A stretch of 64,000 nt of DNA from Acidobacteriota bacterium (lineage in GTDB: Bacteria > Acidobacteriota > UBA6911 > RPQK01 > JAJDTT01), in contig OZ242374.1 in NCBI GenBank assembly GCA_965209055.1, positions 5,792,001 through 5,856,000 of the forward strand. Reading direction: 5' to 3'. The position numbers and the translations under genes are program-made. Shown here piece by piece: positions 1 through 9,353 of this stretch. The notes under the pieces were generated by a model. The model saw nothing but the letters and a program-made list of their open reading frames with translations, was not told where the DNA came from and did no database searches. Position 1 is the stretch's first letter. Every line of letters starts with the position of its first letter.

Positions 1-446
1 TCCCAGCGGAAAAAACCGGGATCCTGCAGAGGCGACAGGAGGACCCCGGCCGCCAAGCCTCCGAGCGTCAGGACATCGGGCAGGATCCGATGGTAGAGGT
101 CGATGACGGTGAGAGTCAGGATCAGCGCCAGGAAGAGGCAGCAGATGACAAAGGCCGAGGACCATTCGTACCGAATCCAGGCGCCAAGAAACAAAGCCGC
201 CGTCGCGGCTTCCACCAACGGATAGCGGCGAGAGATGGGTGCGTGGCACGCGCGGCAGCGACCCTTGAGCAGCAGGAAGCTCAGGATGGGAATGTTGTCC
301 CTGGCCGGGATCGGTTTCGAGCAGCTGGGACAGCGGGAACGGGGCCGGATGACCGACAACCCGCGTGGGAGGCGGTGAATACAGACGTTGAGAAAGCTCC
401 CGATCACCAATCCGGCCACTACCGGCACGACTGCGAACCAGTCCAT
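1..446 (-). CDS. pilD: Prepilin peptidase (A24 family), partial; 3' end runs off the window
   Basis: Not in the ORF track. Manual translation from ATG at 446 gives MDWFAVVPVVAGLVIGSFLNVCIHRLP...SRCPSC...DNIPILSFLLLKGRCRAC...RYPLVE, with the GSFLNV motif and two CxxC motifs of PilD. Confidence 0.93.
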   Translation of the reverse strand, partial: MDWFAVVPVVAGLVIGSFLNVCIHRLPRGLSVIRPRSRCPSCSKPIPARDNIPILSFLLLKGRCRACHAPISRRYPLVEAATAALFLGAWIRYEWSSAFVICCLFLALILTLTVIDLYHRILPDVLTLGGLAAGVLLSPLQDPGFFRW

Positions 447-516
447 TTCCCGCAATTATACGCGCGGGACGGAAAGGTCCCGTTGCTCCGGGAGTCGGGG
501 CCGCTCGAATGCCGGA

Positions 517-2202
517 CTATTCACGGCGGGCCAGTACGATGTCGTTGCTGTCGACGATGGTGTACATGGCCTTCTCCAGGTCGGTCACGGCCTGCTGGTA
601 ATCCACCCGCGCCCTCAGTTCCTGTACCTGCGACTGGCTCAGGTCCCGCTGATACCGCAGCACCTCGAAGTTGGTGGACAACCCCGCCTGGAAACGCTTG
701 TTCTCGCCCTCCAACTGAGCCTCCGAGAGCTCGCGCGCCACTCGGGCCGCCTCCAGGCGCTTTCTCTGGGTGGCGATGCTCTCATAAGCATTGCGTACTT
801 CCACGATGATCATCTGCTGCTGGTTCTTCAATTGGCTGGCGAGGCGGCGCTCACGGATCAGGAGGCTGGCCCTCTCCGCCTCATTGGCCCGATTTCTCAG
901 GGGAATCTCCACGCTGACGCCAAGAGTGTAGTTGATGTAGTTGAACCCGAAGACCTGACCCCACGAATTCCCGAAGCTGCCGAAGAATGGATTCGACAGC
1001 TGCGGCACGTCTTGCATCCGGGTGTCCGGAACACCGTCCCCATCCGTATCGACGAACTGACTCGCCAATATTTCTCCAGCCCGCCCCGTATTTGTCAGAC
1101 TCGCCACCAGGTCTACAGTGGGTCTTCCATCCTGGCGGTAGTACTCCCGATCCACTTCCACCTGTTCCCGGAACAACCGATTCTGGTCCAGTTCGGGACG
1201 CTTCTCCATGGCCCCGGCGATGGCCTCGTCCAGCGTGATGGTCAGGTCCTGGACCCGGGGAAGCTGGGTGGGAATCAGGGTCAGATTCCAGAGGGCCGCC
1301 CTCGGGTCCGGCGCCAAGTGGCGTTTGAGTCCATTCTGGGAGGTGATGATCTGGACCTCCGACTGGATCATCTCCTGTTCGCGCGTGGCCACTTCGGCGC
1401 GGGAAGCAGTGATCTCGATGGGCGCCATGACACCGATCCGGACCCGCTTCTGATTGTTCTCATGCTGGATGATGGCCAGTTCCATGGACTTGCGAATGGC
1501 CTCGTAGCTCTCGATGGCAAAGACAAGTTCCCAATATTGATTCTGGACCTGCTGGACGATTTCCGACACCTTCTGCTGAAACTGGCTGTCGCTGATCTCT
1601 ATTTCCAGGTTGAAGAGCTTGAGTTGACGCCTGGTCTGGGTCTTGCGGAATCCCCTCCACAGCGGCTGGCGCAGACCAACGGCGAAGTTGGACCCGAACG
1701 AGGGGTTCATGAACGAGAAGGTGCTGTTGGTGCTGAAACGGTTGTTGTTGAAGCTGAAGGTGAGGCTGCTGCCGTTGGGCAGACTCTGTATCAGAGACGT
1801 ATCGAAGTAGACCCGGTCCGTCGTGTTCACCGGTATGCCCTGACCCGCGTCCAGGATGGACCGGGCGGGATTCTCAGTGGCCGCCCACCCCACCTCGAAT
1901 TGGAGCCTGGGGTCGTAGAAGCCGCTGGCCCCGAAGATCTGCTGGCGGTTCAGGTCCTCGTTGTAGTCCTCGATGGCGATCTCCAGGTTATTGAGCAACG
2001 CCAGCCGGATGGCGTCCTTGACACTCAACTCCCGGACCGGTCTCTCGCGGCGCATCCGATCGGCCCACGACTCGGGCCGATCGATTTTCGGCACCTGCGG
2101 ACCGTCTTGATCAGGGACCGGTTCTTCCTGGGGAACAGCCCCCAGGAATGGCACCGCAATCACGACAAAAACCGGCAGGAAAATCCCCTTGACGCTCTTC
2201 AT
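517..2202 (-). CDS. TolC-family outer membrane efflux protein
   Basis: Signal peptide MKSVKGIFLPVFVV, LSVKDAIRLALLNN, RFQAGLSTNFEVL and long amphipathic helices. Start placed at Met20 of the track ORF, behind GGAG. Confidence 0.88.
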   Translation of the reverse strand: MKSVKGIFLPVFVVIAVPFLGAVPQEEPVPDQDGPQVPKIDRPESWADRMRRERPVRELSVKDAIRLALLNNLEIAIEDYNEDLNRQQIFGASGFYDPRLQFEVGWAATENPARSILDAGQGIPVNTTDRVYFDTSLIQSLPNGSSLTFSFNNNRFSTNSTFSFMNPSFGSNFAVGLRQPLWRGFRKTQTRRQLKLFNLEIEISDSQFQQKVSEIVQQVQNQYWELVFAIESYEAIRKSMELAIIQHENNQKRVRIGVMAPIEITASRAEVATREQEMIQSEVQIITSQNGLKRHLAPDPRAALWNLTLIPTQLPRVQDLTITLDEAIAGAMEKRPELDQNRLFREQVEVDREYYRQDGRPTVDLVASLTNTGRAGEILASQFVDTDGDGVPDTRMQDVPQLSNPFFGSFGNSWGQVFGFNYINYTLGVSVEIPLRNRANEAERASLLIRERRLASQLKNQQQMIIVEVRNAYESIATQRKRLEAARVARELSEAQLEGENKRFQAGLSTNFEVLRYQRDLSQSQVQELRARVDYQQAVTDLEKAMYTIVDSNDIVLARRE

Positions 2203-2458
2203 GGCATCTCCTGGAAAAGGCTCTGGACTGGACAGACCATGGCAATGACCCGGGCACAACCAGCCCGGACTGTAACATGAGGGCTCATCCTATCGTTTAC
2301 GAACGAACCCGAAGGATTGTTTCAAGAAGGCGGGAGGTCGAGAAGCGGCGGAGCGGCTCCGGGCGGCGAGGAAGTCCTGGAGTTGCCGGCCGCGGAAGGG
2401 GATGCGGCGTTCGAAGGAGGCTGTGCGGGACGGCCGGAAGCCGCCCCGCAACCTGCCG

Positions 2459-3508
2459 TCATTCCTCGGATTCGGATTCGCTCGGGCGCTTCTTCTTCAG
2501 AGAGGGCCGCTTCAGCGTCGGACGATCGCCCTTCAAGGTGGGCTCTTCCCGATCGTCCCTGTCGTTGGTCCGGCGCTTCAAGGTGGGCCGGCTCGCGCCG
2601 CTCTTGGTTCCACCCTGGCCCGGACGGATCTCCGCGCGGTCCATCTGGATCAGACGCGCCTTCACCCGGTCGAACTCGGAGGTGCTGACCACATATTCCT
2701 CCTTGGGAGGCAAGAAAGCGATCTCCTCGTTCACCTTGGCGATCCGGTTCTCGAAGCTGGGGTGAGTCCGGAAGAAGCTGGCGAACTTGCCGGGACGGCT
2801 CTTGTCCTTGGCCTGCATCTTTTCGAAGAAGGAGATGAATCCCTGCGGGTCGTATCCCGTGTTCCAGAGATACTGAGTGCCCAACTGATCGGCTTCGGCC
2901 TCCGACTTGCGGGTGATGCCCAGAACCGCCAGGTTCATGCCCATCCCCAGCCCCTGGTAGAGCGCATACTGAGTCCAGCCGCCGGTGAGGATCAGGGCCG
3001 GCAGCGCCGCAAACTGCATGAGGTTGCCCTTGGTCATCCTCTCCGTGGCATGCCGGGCCGTCACGTGGGCGATCTCGTGAGCCATGACACCGGCCAGCTC
3101 GGCCTCGTCCTCCGCCTCCAGGATCAGCCCCTTGTTGATGAAGAAGTAGCCGCCCGGCAAGGCGAAGGCGTTCACCTCTTCGGAATCGAGCACACGGATC
3201 ACGAAGGGAACTTTCGCATCCGAATTCTTCACGATGAGTTGGCCCAACCCGTCGACGTACTCGTTCACAACGGGATCTTCCACCAACCGGGCGGTCTGCT
3301 CGATCTGCTGGGCGTACTGCGCTCCCAACTGGATCTCCTTCTCCAGCGATATGAAGTTGGGGAAGATCAGGGCCACCTTCCCGTTGATATCCCGGTTGCC
3401 GATATTTTCCACATCCCCGTGTTTGCGCCCGGATTGTGTCGGCACGTTCGCCAGCAACACCAGGGTGGTGGTCAGGAGAGTCAATGAGATTCGGGTTCTT
3501 TTCGTCAT
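2459..3508 (-). CDS. M48-family zinc metalloprotease (BepA-like)
   Basis: NAFALPGG, ELAGVMAHEIAHV (HExxH), EAEADQLG, THP motif; N-terminal signal peptide. Confidence 0.92.
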   Translation of the reverse strand: MTKRTRISLTLLTTTLVLLANVPTQSGRKHGDVENIGNRDINGKVALIFPNFISLEKEIQLGAQYAQQIEQTARLVEDPVVNEYVDGLGQLIVKNSDAKVPFVIRVLDSEEVNAFALPGGYFFINKGLILEAEDEAELAGVMAHEIAHVTARHATERMTKGNLMQFAALPALILTGGWTQYALYQGLGMGMNLAVLGITRKSEAEADQLGTQYLWNTGYDPQGFISFFEKMQAKDKSRPGKFASFFRTHPSFENRIAKVNEEIAFLPPKEEYVVSTSEFDRVKARLIQMDRAEIRPGQGGTKSGASRPTLKRRTNDRDDREEPTLKGDRPTLKRPSLKKKRPSESESEE

Positions 3509-3644
3509 GGCTGCGCCCTCATAAGGGTTTGGAACTGCAATTCAGTATATCCATTGTTGAGCAGATCTGCCACGAACGCTCCGGAGCCGCCAACAAGCTT
3601 TCCATGTGCGCTGCATCTCTGCTAACTTCCTTCACCATATTTCG

Positions 3645-5336
3645 ATGCTTCGGCCAGCTTCCGGGTTCAATAGCTCAGCGCCACTTGCCTTCCTCGGCGG
3701 AGAGGTCCGCTCCTGGACCAGGATTCTGACCGCGTCCCAGATGGGAACCGTGGACCGGCTGACCACCCGGGACTGCGGGCTCCCCAGCCTGCTGTTGATG
3801 GAAAATGCCGGGCTGAACCTGTATCAGATCCTGAAGTCCCGTTTCGGGGACCGGCTTGCCGGCCGCTCCACCGCGATTCTCTGCGGCAAAGGGAACAACG
3901 GTGGGGACGGTCTGGTCCTGGCCCGCCAATTGGCGCGGCGCGAATCTTCTCCCACGGTGATTCTGCTCTGCCGTCCCGAACAGATGCAGGGAGACGCCCT
4001 GGTCCAGTTGGATGCCTACCGGAAATCCGGTGGCGAGGTGGTGTCCGTGACCTCCCGGGAGAAGTGGGCGGAGGTTGCCCCCATCCTCGGCGGCTGCCGG
4101 ATCGTGGTGGACGCCCTGCTGGGAACCGGGCTCGGACGTCCCGTCACCGGACTGCTGGCAAAGGTGGTTCGGGACGTCAACGGGAGCGGCGCCTTCGTGC
4201 TGGCCGTGGACATCCCCACAGGCACGCCGTCCGACAGCATCCGGTCCATCGGGCCATCGGTCCGGGCTCACGCCACCGTCACCTTCACCGCCCCCAAGAT
4301 CGCCCACGTTCTCCACCGGGAGCCGGAGACGTTCGGGCAGATCTACGTCACTCCCATCGGGACGCCTCCCCAGGTGCTGGACACGCCGGACCACTTCCTG
4401 AACCTGATGACCCCCGCCCGGATTCGGGCGCTGCTGCCGGCCCGCAGAACCTTCTCTCACAAGGGCACGTTCGGGCACGTGGCGGTCATTGCGGGAAGCC
4501 GGGGCAAGGCCGGCGCCGGCGCCCTGGCCTCCCGGGCCGCGCTGAGATCCGGGTCCGGCCTGGTGACGGGCCTGGCTCCCGACGCCGTCCAACCCCTGAT
4601 GGCCTCCTTCCATCCTGAGATCATGACGGAAGGTGTGCCGTCCACGCCTGCCGGGACCTTGGCCTCGTCCGGGATCGATGGCATTCTGAAAATATTGGAG
4701 GGCAAAGACGCCGCCGGCCTGGGGCCGGGCCTGACGACGGAGCGAGAAACCGTCGACGTCGTGCGGCGGCTGACGCGGGAGGCCGGGATTCCCCTGGTCC
4801 TGGACGCCGACGCCTTGAACGCCTATGCCGGGCAGGCCCGCAAGTTGGTCAACCGGAAGGGTCAGCCCCTGGTCCTCACTCCCCACCCGGGTGAGTTCGC
4901 CCGCCTGACGGCCCATTCCGTTGCACAAATTACCGAAAACGGCATTTCCATCGCCCGGGATTTCGCCCGGGACCGCAATCTCTGGCTCGTGCTCAAGGGG
5001 TTCCGGACCCTGGTGGCGGCGCCCGGCGGCCAGGTCTACGCCTGTCCGCTGGGAAACCCGGGAATGGCCACCGCGGGAAGCGGCGACGTCCTCACCGGCG
5101 TGATCACTTCGTTCCTGGGCCAGTACCGGGCCCAGGGCCGGGTTTCTGCGTCGCAGACCACCGACGCCGTGGTCTCCGCCGTCTACCTCCATTCCCTGGC
5201 CGGCGATCTGGCGGCCCGGGATCGCGGGATGGACTCGCTGACGGCCGGAGACCTCCTCGATCACCTGGGACCGGCCTTCCTCCAGCTGCGCGGTCCGGGA
5301 GGGCGGGCCGGCGACCCGGTGGGAAATGCGGACTAG
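3645..5336 (+). CDS. nnr: Bifunctional NAD(P)H-hydrate epimerase/dehydratase
   Basis: LMENAG, GKGNNGGDG, DALLGTG, HKGTFG, VLDADAL, LTPHPGEF, GMATAGSGDVL. Start is uncertain (3606-3741). Confidence 0.92.
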   Translation: MLRPASGFNSSAPLAFLGGEVRSWTRILTASQMGTVDRLTTRDCGLPSLLLMENAGLNLYQILKSRFGDRLAGRSTAILCGKGNNGGDGLVLARQLARRESSPTVILLCRPEQMQGDALVQLDAYRKSGGEVVSVTSREKWAEVAPILGGCRIVVDALLGTGLGRPVTGLLAKVVRDVNGSGAFVLAVDIPTGTPSDSIRSIGPSVRAHATVTFTAPKIAHVLHREPETFGQIYVTPIGTPPQVLDTPDHFLNLMTPARIRALLPARRTFSHKGTFGHVAVIAGSRGKAGAGALASRAALRSGSGLVTGLAPDAVQPLMASFHPEIMTEGVPSTPAGTLASSGIDGILKILEGKDAAGLGPGLTTERETVDVVRRLTREAGIPLVLDADALNAYAGQARKLVNRKGQPLVLTPHPGEFARLTAHSVAQITENGISIARDFARDRNLWLVLKGFRTLVAAPGGQVYACPLGNPGMATAGSGDVLTGVITSFLGQYRAQGRVSASQTTDAVVSAVYLHSLAGDLAARDRGMDSLTAGDLLDHLGPAFLQLRGPGGRAGDPVGNAD

Positions 5337-5772
5337 CCAGGTCCTCCGCTCCAGCAGCGAAGAGGAGACCCGGAGCATCGGCCTGAAGCTGGGTGAGATG
5401 CTGCAGCCTCCGCGAGTGGTCCTCCTCAGCGGAGAACTGGGCGCCGGCAAGACGGTGCTCACCCAAGCCATGGCGGCCGGGCTTGAAGTCGAAGACCTCT
5501 CCCTGGTCCGAAGCCCCTCTTTCACCCTGATCAACGAATACCCGTCGGCTCGCGGCCGCGTCTACCACGTCGATCTCTACCGCCTGGAGGGAGCCGACGA
5601 CTTCCACTCCATCGGTCTCGAGGAGATCCTGGACCGGGAAGCGGTCGTCATCATCGAATGGGGCGAAAAGCTTGACTTGCCCGTAGACGACCCCGTCCGC
5701 GTCCGAATCCTGGTGGACCCGGTGAGCGACGAGCGCCTGCTGGAGATCGACATCGGTCAGGAAAGAGGGTGA
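5326..5772 (+). CDS. tsaE: tRNA t6A biosynthesis ATPase TsaE
   Basis: GELGAGKT Walker A, SPSFTLINEY, HVDLYRL, IEWG; follows nnr as is usual. Confidence 0.95.
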   Translation: MRTSQVLRSSSEEETRSIGLKLGEMLQPPRVVLLSGELGAGKTVLTQAMAAGLEVEDLSLVRSPSFTLINEYPSARGRVYHVDLYRLEGADDFHSIGLEEILDREAVVIIEWGEKLDLPVDDPVRVRILVDPVSDERLLEIDIGQERG

Positions 5773-5880
5773 GAGAGGCCACTGAAACCGGATTCACATT
5801 TTTCTGACCGGCGGCGTTTGAGGGGAGTGTGACAACAACACAGGAAACGAGGTGAGACCATCGCCGCCCCCTCGAAACGT

Positions 5881-6396
5881 TTGCCCGTAGTTCCACTTCT
5901 CCCGCCTCCGAAGCAAAGCCCAGGAGCTCCGCCCGGGAAGGGGCGTGTCCGAACCGGGTCCCCGGCGCCTGGGAACGCTCACGGCTACCAGTTGCTGGAA
6001 GTCACGCTGACCTGCCTGCTCATCGGCTTCCTGGCCTCGTTGGCATGGCCGGCCTACCAGCAGGTGCGGGATCACTGGAGGCTCTCGCAGGGTTCCCAGT
6101 TGTTTCTCTCACTGCTGGAGCAAGGGCGAACCGCGGCCGTCGGCCGGAATCTGACCGTGCAGATCCGAATCTCAGACGACGGGGGACGGACCACGATGGC
6201 GCCGGAGGGGGAAGAAGCCGGACATTGGCTGAACCTTCCCAGGGGTGTCCTGGCCGTCCGGAGGCCAAACCGCGAAGTATCCTTCTTTTCCCGCGGGACC
6301 GCCGCTCCGGGCGGGACGTTCGTCCTGGGCAACGCTGCCGGGAAGGTCCGCATCGTGGTTTCGCCGGCCGGAAGGATTCGATGGGAAAGAGAATAG
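5881..6396 (+). CDS. FimT/GspH-like minor pilin
   Basis: Class III signal G|YQLLEV followed by a hydrophobic helix; C-terminal FFSRG...IVVSPAGRIR typical of GspH/FimT. Start is uncertain. Confidence 0.7.
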   Translation: MPVVPLLPPPKQSPGAPPGKGRVRTGSPAPGNAHGYQLLEVTLTCLLIGFLASLAWPAYQQVRDHWRLSQGSQLFLSLLEQGRTAAVGRNLTVQIRISDDGGRTTMAPEGEEAGHWLNLPRGVLAVRRPNREVSFFSRGTAAPGGTFVLGNAAGKVRIVVSPAGRIRWERE

Positions 6397-6701
6397 CCGG
6401 AGACAGCGCCCAGGAGGGGTTCGCCCTCCTGGAATACCTGATGGCCACAATGATATTGACCGTCGCCCTGCTTTCCCTGATCCAGACCCTGGCTCTGACC
6501 CTGGGCAACTACGCCATCATGGAAAAGCGGCGCCAGGAGGTTCTCGAACGGTGGAACCGGAGCGAAGAGGCCCGCTCCCGGGAGCCGGAGGGGGAAAGGT
6601 TCGTCCTGGCGCCGGACGGACCCGCCTTGTGGCGCCTCGACGTCTCGGGCTCCGAGGAGGAGAACGCTGCGAGTTGGGAGGTGCTCCGATCACACCCCTG
6701 A
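6381..6701 (+). CDS. PilV-like minor pilin
   Basis: MGKRIAGDSAQEG|FALLEYLMATMIL prepilin motif; overlaps the upstream gene. Confidence 0.65.
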   Translation: MGKRIAGDSAQEGFALLEYLMATMILTVALLSLIQTLALTLGNYAIMEKRRQEVLERWNRSEEARSREPEGERFVLAPDGPALWRLDVSGSEEENAASWEVLRSHP

Positions 6702-6715
6702 AAGATGGCTTCCGG

Positions 6716-7321
6716 ATGAGCCCGATTGAATTGCCTGCGGGACCCCGCGCGACCGGGGAGGTCGAGGGGGAGCAGGGATTCAGCCTCATCGAGTCGCTTT
6801 TGGCCACCGCCGCCTCCGTGCTTCTTTTTTCTCTGTTTCTGGGGGTGTTGGACCAAGCTCAGACCACCGTCACCAACCTCACGCGTCTGATGGAACGGGA
6901 CCGGAACCTGATCCTGGCCCCCGTCCTTCTGGGTGGATGGATCCTGGGAGCGGGCAACCGGGAATGGAACCGGACCGGGGACGGAATCCTGATCCAATCC
7001 GGAGTCCTCCGGATCGAGTCCGACCTGGACGGAGAAGACGGATTTCCCGACGAGCGCGTCGACGGCAACTTCGAGAGCCTGTCGCTCCGCTGCCGGACGG
7101 ACCACTTGCAGCTCAAGAGCGGTGGCGGAAACTTTCAATCTGTCCTGAGACAGGTCCGGCGGTGGGAAGTGCAAATGGACGGACGGTCGCTGAACCTTCG
7201 CGTCACCGGCGCCGTCAGCCCGAATCTACTGCACTGGAGATCGGACGGAGAAACCACCGAAACCATCCGTTACACGCTTCGGAACTACCGGCCCAACCTC
7301 TTCCCTCCCCGGAATGAATGA
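6716..7321 (+). CDS. PilW-like minor pilin
   Basis: EQG|FSLIESLLAT prepilin motif; third gene of the cluster. Confidence 0.65.
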   Translation: MSPIELPAGPRATGEVEGEQGFSLIESLLATAASVLLFSLFLGVLDQAQTTVTNLTRLMERDRNLILAPVLLGGWILGAGNREWNRTGDGILIQSGVLRIESDLDGEDGFPDERVDGNFESLSLRCRTDHLQLKSGGGNFQSVLRQVRRWEVQMDGRSLNLRVTGAVSPNLLHWRSDGETTETIRYTLRNYRPNLFPPRNE

Positions 7322-8552
7322 CCTTCGGACATCCGAATCGGAGGCGGGACTTGCCCTGTTGGCCGCCCTGCTCACGACGGCTCTGGTCGCGACGCTGGTC
7401 TGGGTCCTGAGCGTGCAGAACCTGATCCAGTGGCGGCTGCTGCAAGGGGTCGAGGCGCGACTCTACAGCATGGTCCTGGCCCAGAACGGAATCGAGTTCG
7501 CCCGCGGCCTTCTCCCCCTGGTCGATCTGGACCAACTCCTTCCCGGCCCCGACGGCTCCTTCTCCGGAACCGACCTCGCCGAATGGAGAAATCCTCTCCC
7601 CTTCGCGGAGGCTCGCCGCATGGACCCGGAGAGTTGGACATCCGGCCGCGACGACGGACTTCCGTTTCGTGGCGGCGCCCTGCTGCTGCCGAACGGCTAC
7701 CCGGATCCTGGAGGAGGCCGTTTCTACCTGAGGTTTTCCAACAATCCCGAGGAGCCGGCCCACCAGGACCGGGACGGCGTGGTCCTGGTCCGGAGCATGG
7801 GAGTGGCTCCCCTCAAACTGCAGGACCCCTTCCTGGCTTCGACTCGAAACAGCGTGACCCTGATCGAATCACGGCTCCTGCAGGAGACTGCATTCCGGCT
7901 GCGCAGCGCACTCACTCTGGCGGGAGACGACGGAAACTTCCATTGGTCGGGAAACCGGTTCCTCCTGGAGGGGGGCCCTCGGGAACCGGCCGTCCGCCTC
8001 CTCTCCCTGGGAGGCGGCGGACTTGGCGCCGACTTCCGGAAGAACCTCAGTCCGCCCCAAGCCGGCCGGATCCGCGGCACCGGACCGGAACCTTCTCTCC
8101 GGGACTCGACTGCGGCCTACCGGGAGGACCCTCGGCACCGTTCCCTCTTCCAGGCCGGCTTCTGGAGGCATTTCGAGACTCACCTTCCCGACATGTCGCC
8201 GGCCGCCGGGATTGTCCACTTGCCTGAGGGAGGAACCCTGTCAGGGGAGATGTCGGGTGTCGTCGTCGCCCGGGGGAACCTGATCCTGCAGGGAGACGTC
8301 CAATTCCGCGGAATCCTGCTGCATCTGGGCGGGGGCGGCGTCGTTTTGCGAGATCGCGCCCGCATCGTTGGAGGACTCTGGCTCTCCAATCTGAGTGTGG
8401 ACGGAGATACGATCCGAGGCGGTCCCCTGGTCCTTCATATTTCGGACCGGGCCAGTATTCGATACGACGCGGATTCCATCCGCTCGGGACTGCGCAGCTT
8501 TCCGCCGACCCAACTGGGGTGGCGGTTGCTCTTTCCGGAGATGGCACCGTAA
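7314..8552 (+). CDS. PilX-like minor pilin
   Basis: EAG|LALLAALL lacking Glu5 (PilX/GspK trait), AQNGIE motif, C-terminal beta-rich GVVVARGNL...GILL repeats. Confidence 0.65.
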   Translation: MNDLRTSESEAGLALLAALLTTALVATLVWVLSVQNLIQWRLLQGVEARLYSMVLAQNGIEFARGLLPLVDLDQLLPGPDGSFSGTDLAEWRNPLPFAEARRMDPESWTSGRDDGLPFRGGALLLPNGYPDPGGGRFYLRFSNNPEEPAHQDRDGVVLVRSMGVAPLKLQDPFLASTRNSVTLIESRLLQETAFRLRSALTLAGDDGNFHWSGNRFLLEGGPREPAVRLLSLGGGGLGADFRKNLSPPQAGRIRGTGPEPSLRDSTAAYREDPRHRSLFQAGFWRHFETHLPDMSPAAGIVHLPEGGTLSGEMSGVVVARGNLILQGDVQFRGILLHLGGGGVVLRDRARIVGGLWLSNLSVDGDTIRGGPLVLHISDRASIRYDADSIRSGLRSFPPTQLGWRLLFPEMAP

Positions 8553-8564
8553 CCGCCTGGGCTG

Positions 8565-8585
8565 TGACAGCCCGTGGCAAGAGTC
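8565..8585 (+). repeat. Solo end of the MITE-like family
   Basis: TGACAGCCCGTGGCAAGAGTC matches 49964-49984 at 20/21 nt and resembles the terminal repeat of 53792-53950. Confidence 0.55.
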
Positions 8586-8596
8586 ATTACGGACAG

Positions 8597-9316
8597 TTAC
8601 CGGAACCCACCCGAGGCCGGTTTTCGTCCCAGGTGAAGACACGCGATCCCTGCAGACAGGGTTCGGTGGCGGATCCGATGGAATCCCGCCCTCACCAGCA
8701 ACCGGTCCAGATCCTCGGGTGCGAGGAACTGCCTCACCGACCGGGAGAGATATTCGTAGGCCTGACCGTGTCCCGAGATCCAACCTCCCAGCCGGGGCAG
8801 GATCCGAACGAAATAGAACAAGTAGAGCGACCTGAACAGCGGCAAATTGGGAAGTGTGAACTCCAGGATGGCCAACACGCCTCGGGGACGGAGAACCCGG
8901 TGCATTTCAGCCAGACCCTGGCGGTAGCTCTCCAGATTCCTCAATCCAAAGGCAATGCTGACGGCGTCGAATGATCGGTCCGGGAACGGGAGTCTCAGCG
9001 CGTCCCCTTCGGTGAATGAGATTCGGCGGCCGGCTCCGGAACGGGATGCCTTCTTCATACCCAAAATCAGCATGGGATGAGAGAAATCGCAGGCCACCAC
9101 CGAACCCAGGCTGGAGAGCTCCAGGGCCAGATCGCCGGTCCCGGTGCAGAGGTCCAGGATCCGCGGGTCCGGCGGCAGGCGGCCTTCCAGTTCGCGCCTC
9201 GTCAGTCGTCTCCAATACCGGTCGACGGACAGCGAGAGCAGACGGTTGGCCCGGTCGTATCTGGGAGCGATGGCGCCGAACATTCGGCGGATCCGCCCCG
9301 ATTCCTTGTCTTGCAT
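8597..9316 (-). CDS. menG: Demethylmenaquinone/ubiquinone methyltransferase
   Basis: MFGAIAPRYDRANRLLS, LDLCTGTGD, AFGLRN, RVLRPRG, YEYLSRSV. Confidence 0.92.
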   Translation of the reverse strand: MQDKESGRIRRMFGAIAPRYDRANRLLSLSVDRYWRRLTRRELEGRLPPDPRILDLCTGTGDLALELSSLGSVVACDFSHPMLILGMKKASRSGAGRRISFTEGDALRLPFPDRSFDAVSIAFGLRNLESYRQGLAEMHRVLRPRGVLAILEFTLPNLPLFRSLYLFYFVRILPRLGGWISGHGQAYEYLSRSVRQFLAPEDLDRLLVRAGFHRIRHRTLSAGIACLHLGRKPASGGFR

Positions 9317-9353
9317 TTGACTCCCAGGAATCCGCGGCGGCCCCCCAAGGCCC

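Noticed and set aside
388-2280. Long antisense ORFs (this one and e.g. 3675-5534, 15593-17671, 35719-37854, 53884-56139, 61189-63330)
   Set aside because: They are shadows of well-supported genes on the opposite strand, expected in high-GC DNA, and carry no recognisable motifs.
3566-3577. Additional MITE end (TCTGCCACGAAC)
   Set aside because: Only a 12-nt match to the right end of the 53.8-kb element, with no partner end; it could be chance.
5828-5843. CRP/FNR-type site upstream of the pilin genes
   Set aside because: TGTGA is present, but the second half-site does not match TCACA at the required spacing.
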